Part shown: piece after piece, positions 34,514-38,904 of the stretch
Layout: every line of letters starts with the position of its first letter
Numbering within the stretch: the first letter of the stretch is position 1
Notes under the pieces: generated by a model
What the model was told of the DNA's origin: nothing
Databases searched by the model: none
The model's input: the letters and a program-made list of their open reading frames with translations, nothing else
IMG/VR virus record: IMGVR_UViG_3300017700_000453
Coordinates: 1 to 38,904 of that record
Length of the DNA: 38,904 bases
From: a virus
Lineage: Duplodnaviria; Caudoviricetes
Direction: 5' to 3' (one strand)
Program-made: the position numbers and the translations under genes

Positions 34514-35497
34514 ATGAACCAGAACAAAGAATTAATCGAGCGCTTGCAGGATTACGCAAGCAACCCCGGCTACAGCCACGGCGACTATGCCGACACAATG
34601 CGTCAAGCCGCTACAGCCCTCGCCGCCACATCCAGCATTTCCCCACCCGCAGCGAGCGAGAGCGTGGACGAGCAGGAGATGTTCGAGGTGGCTGAGATTG
34701 CATATTGGCAGTCGATGCAAGACTACCCGCTCACCGAAGGCGAGAAAGATTACTTGCTTCGCCCAGCAAACTCGATCCTCGCCGCAGAAGGCTGCACATA
34801 CGCTGCCTGCGAGGAACGCTGGAAGGGATGGAAGGCCCGCGCCAAGGTAGCCGCCAACAAGCCAGCCGCCCTTGCTGTACAAGGTGATGCAGTGCCGGTG
34901 GCGACGATGGAAGTGGCGTACAACCGCGCAAAGTTTTCCCGCGATGTGAGCCGCGAAGATTTCCAAGCGGGCTGGGACGCCGCAATCTCTGCCCACCCAT
35001 CCCCCACTCCCGCCCCTGTAACGGGGGAGAAGGTGGCGAACACGCTTCCTGAAAAGTGGGTGGCGAAGCATTACACCGGCGATGAAGACCCAATTATCAA
35101 AAGTGACGGAATCGAACTGCAATGCGCAGGCGCTGACCGTGAGCAGGCCGAGGAAATCGCCGCTATCCTAAACGCCCACACTGCCGCTCAAGTAGCGGCC
35201 AGCAAGCCAGCCGAGAGCGGACAGGTGAGTTGCCTTTGCGGCGCCAGCGGTGCGCCCGCCGATGCATTCGGTGACGCAGTGGCCATGTGGAACCGCCGCG
35301 CAGCCCTGCCGCCAGTAGCAGCGCCGGTGGTGCCTGATGGCTGGAAGCTGGTGCCGGTAGAGCCGACAGACGACATGGCATTCGCTACGACGCACGTTAA
35401 TAACACATTGGATCGTGACGACGTACTCGATATGTTACGCGCGGCCATCGAAGCAGCACCACAACCGGGCCAGGACAGCGAGAAGGGGGATTTGTGA
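34514..35497 (+). CDS. Mosaic accessory protein with Lar-like and VPDGWKLVP modules
   Basis: AAGGA RBS; VSCLCGASG...AVAMWNRRA; VVPDGWKLVPVEPT. Confidence 0.65.
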   Translation: MNQNKELIERLQDYASNPGYSHGDYADTMRQAATALAATSSISPPAASESVDEQEMFEVAEIAYWQSMQDYPLTEGEKDYLLRPANSILAAEGCTYAACEERWKGWKARAKVAANKPAALAVQGDAVPVATMEVAYNRAKFSRDVSREDFQAGWDAAISAHPSPTPAPVTGEKVANTLPEKWVAKHYTGDEDPIIKSDGIELQCAGADREQAEEIAAILNAHTAAQVAASKPAESGQVSCLCGASGAPADAFGDAVAMWNRRAALPPVAAPVVPDGWKLVPVEPTDDMAFATTHVNNTLDRDDVLDMLRAAIEAAPQPGQDSEKGDL

Positions 35498-35997
35498 GCG
35501 CATACGACGAATTGACGATGATTGTACGTTCCAGCGGCGGCGCATTGGTGCGTGTAAGCCGGATTGACCTGGCCGAAATTTTGGCCGAAGTCGAAACCCT
35601 GCGCCGTGGCGGGTCGACCAAGCCGACAGCGAAATACAGTGCCGAGTTTGAGGAAGCGTGGGCCTTGTACCCGAGCCGGCCAGGCATGAGCAAGGCCGCA
35701 GCGTTCAAGGCCTGGACCGCGCGCCTGAAGGCCGGCGCCACCGTGCTGGAAATGATCGAGGGCACGCGCAAGTATGCGGCCTACTGCCAGGCCGAGCGCA
35801 CCGAGGCGCACTACATCAAGCAGCCGGCCACCTTCTATGGACCGGGTGAACACTTCAGCGCCGACTGGACGCCGGCGAAGCAGCGCCGCGGGCCGCAAGT
35901 GGTGAACCTGGGCGACGTGCAGCAAGCTAACAGCGAAGCGGCCATGCGCAAGCTGCGCGGCGACGACAACGAAGGGATGGTGTTCGATGCGGCCTGA
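35494..35997 (+). CDS. Replication initiator-like protein (C-terminal domain only)
   Basis: YSAEFEEAWALYP.R..SKAAAFKAW...YIKQPATFYG, typical of the C-terminal domain of phage replisome organisers; GTGA-coupled start. Confidence 0.72.
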   Translation: MSAYDELTMIVRSSGGALVRVSRIDLAEILAEVETLRRGGSTKPTAKYSAEFEEAWALYPSRPGMSKAAAFKAWTARLKAGATVLEMIEGTRKYAAYCQAERTEAHYIKQPATFYGPGEHFSADWTPAKQRRGPQVVNLGDVQQANSEAAMRKLRGDDNEGMVFDAA

Positions 35998-36634
35998 CGA
36001 CGCCCCGGCATTTTTCAAATTGCTGGATGACACCTACGACATGATCGGGAAATCACCCGCGGCCAAGGTAATCAGCGCCACGGCCAAGGCGCTTTTCTTC
36101 AATGACCTGAAGCGCTACCCGCTGGAACTGATCGAGCACGCGCTGTCGGCGCACCGACTGGACCCTGACCGCGGGCGCTTCACCCCGACCGTGGCCGACA
36201 TCAGCAGCCAGATCGAGCGCCGCCGCCCTTTGCAATGGGTGGGCGCCGACGAGGCATGGGCCGCGCTGCCGAAGTCCGAAGGCGCGCCCGGCATCCTGAA
36301 CCAGGTCACAGCGCAGGCCCTGGCCGCTGCCCAGCCGCTGCTGGACGACGGCGACACCATCGCGGCCCGTATGGCGTTCAAGAACTGCTATGACCGGCTG
36401 GTGTCGCGCGCCAAGCTGGACCGGGTGAACCCGGAATATTTTCTTTCCCCGGGCGGCACGTACGAGGAAGTGCTGGCCATCAAGCAGGAAGCGCAGCGCC
36501 TGGGCTTGCTGCCCACGCCGCCCGAGGAAGTGCAGCAGCAGCGCATCGAAGGCACCAGCCGCGCGAACGTGGCCAAGCTCAAGGCCCTGCTGCTGGAACT
36601 GAAACCGAAAACGATAAGGGGCGACGATGAATGA
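35987..36634 (+). CDS. Probable helicase loader (partner of the initiator)
   Basis: H..DPDRGRFTPTVADI...GADEAWA...ARMAFKNCYDRLV; directly after the initiator-like gene. Confidence 0.6.
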   Translation: MRPDDAPAFFKLLDDTYDMIGKSPAAKVISATAKALFFNDLKRYPLELIEHALSAHRLDPDRGRFTPTVADISSQIERRRPLQWVGADEAWAALPKSEGAPGILNQVTAQALAAAQPLLDDGDTIAARMAFKNCYDRLVSRAKLDRVNPEYFLSPGGTYEEVLAIKQEAQRLGLLPTPPEEVQQQRIEGTSRANVAKLKALLLELKPKTIRGDDE

Positions 36635-36992
36635 CACGCAGGTGGACCACACGCTGTGCATGGCGCACGGCTGCAACATGATCGGCACAACGTCGCTCGG
36701 CACCAAGGGCGGCGACTGGTGCTGTTTCATCCACGCCCGGGCAGAGCGCGACGACTGGGCCGCGATCAGCAGCGAATTGAACCGCCTGGGCTGGCTGGTG
36801 GACGCCGTAAAGCGCCTTCGTGCTGGCGCTGGTCCGAACACCTGCGCCAACATCGCCAAGGCCATCAAGCTGGCCCAGCGAAATGATTTACTTGCCAAGC
36901 CGCACGAGAGCACCCAGCAGTGGTACATTCGTCTGGAGCAAGTTTTAGCCGATTCATGCGCCACGGTGCGCCAGCAGGAGGTTCCAGAATGA
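36627..36992 (+). CDS. Cys-rich hypothetical protein
   Basis: CMAHGC...GGDWCCFIH putative Zn site. Confidence 0.65.
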   Translation: MNDTQVDHTLCMAHGCNMIGTTSLGTKGGDWCCFIHARAERDDWAAISSELNRLGWLVDAVKRLRAGAGPNTCANIAKAIKLAQRNDLLAKPHESTQQWYIRLEQVLADSCATVRQQEVPE

Positions 36993-37168
36993 TGAAATTT
37001 TTATGGCGATCCCTTGTGCCGGGCGCCAAGCCAGCAGTCCTGATTTACCTGTTTTTCTTCGTGCTGAACGTGGCCCTGGGAGCGCCATTCGGAATTGCAT
37101 TTAATGGCGTCCTGTGGGCCTTGAACCTGTATTCTTACGACATGCAGCGCCGGGGCTACCATGCTTAA
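36989..37168 (+). CDS. Small membrane protein
   Basis: GGAGG RBS, ATGA overlap, two hydrophobic stretches. Confidence 0.6.
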   Translation: MMKFLWRSLVPGAKPAVLIYLFFFVLNVALGAPFGIAFNGVLWALNLYSYDMQRRGYHA

Positions 37169-37367
37169 CTACCGCGAAGCTCACGCCCTTGTGGCCGCTC
37201 TGGTGTCCGACTGGCGCGCCCGTAAATTCCCCTTCACCAAATGCGACGTGGTGGAATGCCCGGCTTGCAAGGGACAGCTGACCCTGGACCAGCGCACCGT
37301 CTACACGCGCCCCAACACCGTGACCGCCCGCTGCGCCACGCCGTTCTGCGTTTCCTACACGGAGTAG
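37161..37367 (+). CDS. Zinc-finger protein (C-x2-C-x21-C-x4-C)
   Basis: CPAC...CATPFC. Confidence 0.65.
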   Translation: MLNYREAHALVAALVSDWRARKFPFTKCDVVECPACKGQLTLDQRTVYTRPNTVTARCATPFCVSYTE

Positions 37368-37370
37368 GAC

Positions 37371-37583
37371 ATGGCCCAGTTCCAGCGCGCCATCAGCCCC
37401 CTGGGCAAGAAACTTCAGGCCATCCAGCGCCTGCGCTTGACCGATGGCATATCGTGGCAGGACAGCAAAGATATTGTGATGTGGTGCGCGCTGGCCGGCT
37501 GCAACTACGAAACCGCCCAGTTCAGCGACCTGACACTGGAACGCATCGAGCAGATTTTCAACCAGTATTTCAAAGGGGAATAG
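37371..37583 (+). CDS. Hypothetical protein
   Basis: GGAG RBS; lies within the operon. Confidence 0.6.
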   Translation: MAQFQRAISPLGKKLQAIQRLRLTDGISWQDSKDIVMWCALAGCNYETAQFSDLTLERIEQIFNQYFKGE

Positions 37584-37584
37584 G

Positions 37585-37722
37585 ATGTCTGAAGCGGATT
37601 TTCTGGGCTGTATCGAAGTGGTGCTGTGGACAATCTGCGCGGTGCTGGCCATGCTGGGCATAGGCTGCTTGGTGGGAAGCATGATACGAGCAGGGGGCAA
37701 GGATGGAGCCGACCGACGCTGA
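37585..37722 (+). CDS. 45-aa membrane peptide
   Basis: Read manually: MSEADFLGCIEVVLWTICAVLAMLGIGCLVGSMIRAGGKDGADRR; AGGGGA RBS. Confidence 0.5.
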   Translation: MSEADFLGCIEVVLWTICAVLAMLGIGCLVGSMIRAGGKDGADRR

Positions 37723-37861
37723 AGAAATGCCATTGCCAAGCCCCAACATCATGGGCCAGGACCGCATGCGCATCATCGAGCGCAAGCTGGTCAAGCCCGC
37801 CCCGCCATCGCAGGCCAAGCCGTTCGAAGTTGTCATTACGCACGAGTGGGAAGTGTTCTAG
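37703..37861 (+). CDS. 52-aa hypothetical protein
   Basis: Read manually: MEPTDAEEMPLP...THEWEVF; AGGGGG RBS. Confidence 0.45.
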   Translation: MEPTDAEEMPLPSPNIMGQDRMRIIERKLVKPAPPSQAKPFEVVITHEWEVF

Positions 37862-37863
37862 GC

Positions 37864-37892
37864 TTGACACCGCGAAATGACAGGCGCATCAT
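37864..37892 (+). promoter_or_regulatory. Sigma70-like promoter for the RNA/tRNA cluster
   Basis: Perfect TTGACA-17 nt-CATCAT. Confidence 0.65.
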
Positions 37893-37907
37893 GCGGTTTC
37901 CCGAGTA

Positions 37908-38013
37908 GCGCCGCCGAAGTAGGGCCTCACGGCCTGAAGGTTGCGCGAAACGGCCTAATTCGCTGTACCCACGGTAATCCCGAAGCCACGGCAGAGGATG
38001 AGAACGGCGGGGC
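37908..38013 (+). ncRNA. Unidentified structured RNA upstream of the tRNAs
   Basis: Closing stem 37908-16/38005-13 enclosing hairpins at 37922-35, 37938-56, 37966-76 and 37977-99. Confidence 0.45.
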
Positions 38014-38027
38014 GGCACAGCAACAAT

Positions 38028-38102
38028 AGCAGGGTAGTGCATTGGCAGCACGCTAGGCTCATAACCTAGAGGTAGCAGGTTCGATTCCTGCCCTTGCAAC
38101 CA
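38028..38102 (+). tRNA. tRNA-Met(CAT), initiator-like
   Basis: Cloverleaf; anticodon arm CTAGG-CTCATAA-CCTAG; T-arm GCAGG-TTCGATT-CCTGC; encoded CCA. Confidence 0.92.
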
Positions 38103-38105
38103 TTT

Positions 38106-38181
38106 TGTCTTGTAGCTCAGACGGTAGAGCGTTCGCCTGTTAAGCGAAAGCGCGCTGGTTCGATCCCAGCCGAGACAGCCA
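38106..38181 (+). tRNA. tRNA-Asn(GTT)
   Basis: Acceptor TGTCTTG/CGAGACA; anticodon arm TTCGC-CTGTTAA-GCGAA; G discriminator; CCA. Confidence 0.93.
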
Positions 38182-38216
38182 TGTCCCCTACCTATTCCGC
38201 CTAGGAGCAGGTCTTT

Positions 38217-38248
38217 GCCCAGTCCTTAACCGTTCTGGGCTTTTTTTT
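38217..38248 (+). terminator. Intrinsic terminator after the tRNAs
   Basis: gcccag...ctgggc followed by T8. Confidence 0.8.
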
Positions 38249-38312
38249 GCCGGAACGCACACAATTCCGCAAATCTACAATACAATTGCGTCCAATCTAA
38301 TTGAGCGCGCAT

Positions 38313-38348
38313 AAGCCGCTGGTGCGCACAAGCCCAGCGGCTTTTTTT
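38313..38348 (+). terminator. Intrinsic terminator upstream of terS
   Basis: aagccgctgg...ccagcggctt followed by a T run. Confidence 0.75.
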
Positions 38349-38390
38349 GTATCCCCACCCACCGCACGACTACTCGGCGCGATGATCCCC

Positions 38391-38792
38391 ATGACAACGA
38401 ATAAACTTACGCCGCAGCAAGAACGGTTCGTATCCGAATATCTGATCGACCTGAACGCCACAGCCGCCTACAAGCGCGCCGGGTACAAGTCAGACGGCAA
38501 CGCGGCAGAATCGGCTGCCAGTAGGCTGTTAAGCAATGTCAAGGTGCAACATGCGATCAATCTGGCCAAGCAGGAACGGGCGCAGCGCACGCGAATTAAC
38601 GGCGACCAGGTGCTGGCCAACATCGCCCGCCTGGCCGCGATGGCAGAGCAGGCAAAGGACTTCGGCGCAGCGCTGAAGGGCAATGAACTGGTAGGGCGGC
38701 ACCTGAAGCTGTTCACCGACAAGGTGGAGCACTCGGGCGCTGTAACGGTAGAAATCACGCGCTTTGGCGCACCAAAGGAGCCGCAAGCATGA
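38391..38792 (+). CDS. terS: Terminase small subunit
   Basis: LTPQQERFVSEYLIDLNATAAYKRAGY...ASRLLSNVKV...ELVGRHLKLFTDKVEHSG; start codon uncertain (38380 region or 38391). Confidence 0.93.
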   Translation: MTTNKLTPQQERFVSEYLIDLNATAAYKRAGYKSDGNAAESAASRLLSNVKVQHAINLAKQERAQRTRINGDQVLANIARLAAMAEQAKDFGAALKGNELVGRHLKLFTDKVEHSGAVTVEITRFGAPKEPQA

Positions 38793-38904
38793 ACCAGCAA
38801 CTATTCAGCGCACAAGCCACCGCGTTTGCCTTGACGGGCGCGCCGGCGGCATCGGCAGCTGTGGCCATCCCCTTTTCGGCCAACGCCATCCGGATTGTCA
38901 ACGA
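38782..38904. repeat. Terminal direct repeat, right copy
   Basis: Identical to 1-123. Confidence 0.97.

Noticed and set aside
37930-37960. CUGAAG...GAAA resembling a hammerhead ribozyme core
   Set aside because: The core reads CUGAAGG rather than CUGAnGA, and stems I and II cannot be formed properly
38028-38181. Stop-codon recoding or tRNA-based attP site
   Set aside because: The anticodons are sense (CAT, GTT), genes are intact in the standard code, and no integrase is present
38182-38216. Possible tRNA-associated HDV-like (theta) ribozyme after tRNA-Asn
   Set aside because: Only a small ccta/tagg hairpin is present; I could not build the nested double pseudoknot

Overview
The window looks like a complete, circularly permuted podovirus-type dsDNA phage genome of about 38.78 kb. 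It is GC-rich, and bases 1-123 are repeated exactly at 38782-38904. The host is probably a betaproteobacterium (weak inference). The + strand late region carries terS (38391-38792, wrapping into position 8), six unexplained genes, terL, portal, scaffold, capsid, adaptor and nozzle, a GNAT protein, three ejection proteins, a tail fibre and a GH73 lysis cassette. A leftward early operon encodes a Cas4-like PD-(D/E)XK nuclease, RecT, an SMC/SbcC-like ATPase, a DnaQ-like exonuclease, Gp49 and a secreted protein. A rightward operon encodes a Cro-like HTH, a GIY-YIG protein, DUF1367, a frameshifted C5-MTase-like gene, DUF1364, RusA, accessory genes and a truncated initiator/loader pair. Two tRNAs (CAT, GTT) follow. 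I could not recognise an integrase, CI repressor, Q antiterminator, polymerase or helicase. The most intriguing signal is a highly self-complementary ~400-nt non-coding element (31925-32310), in the same operon as a replication-initiator homologue that lacks its DNA-binding N-terminus. A second ~110-nt structured RNA precedes the tRNAs. All family calls are from motif recognition by eye; no searches were run.
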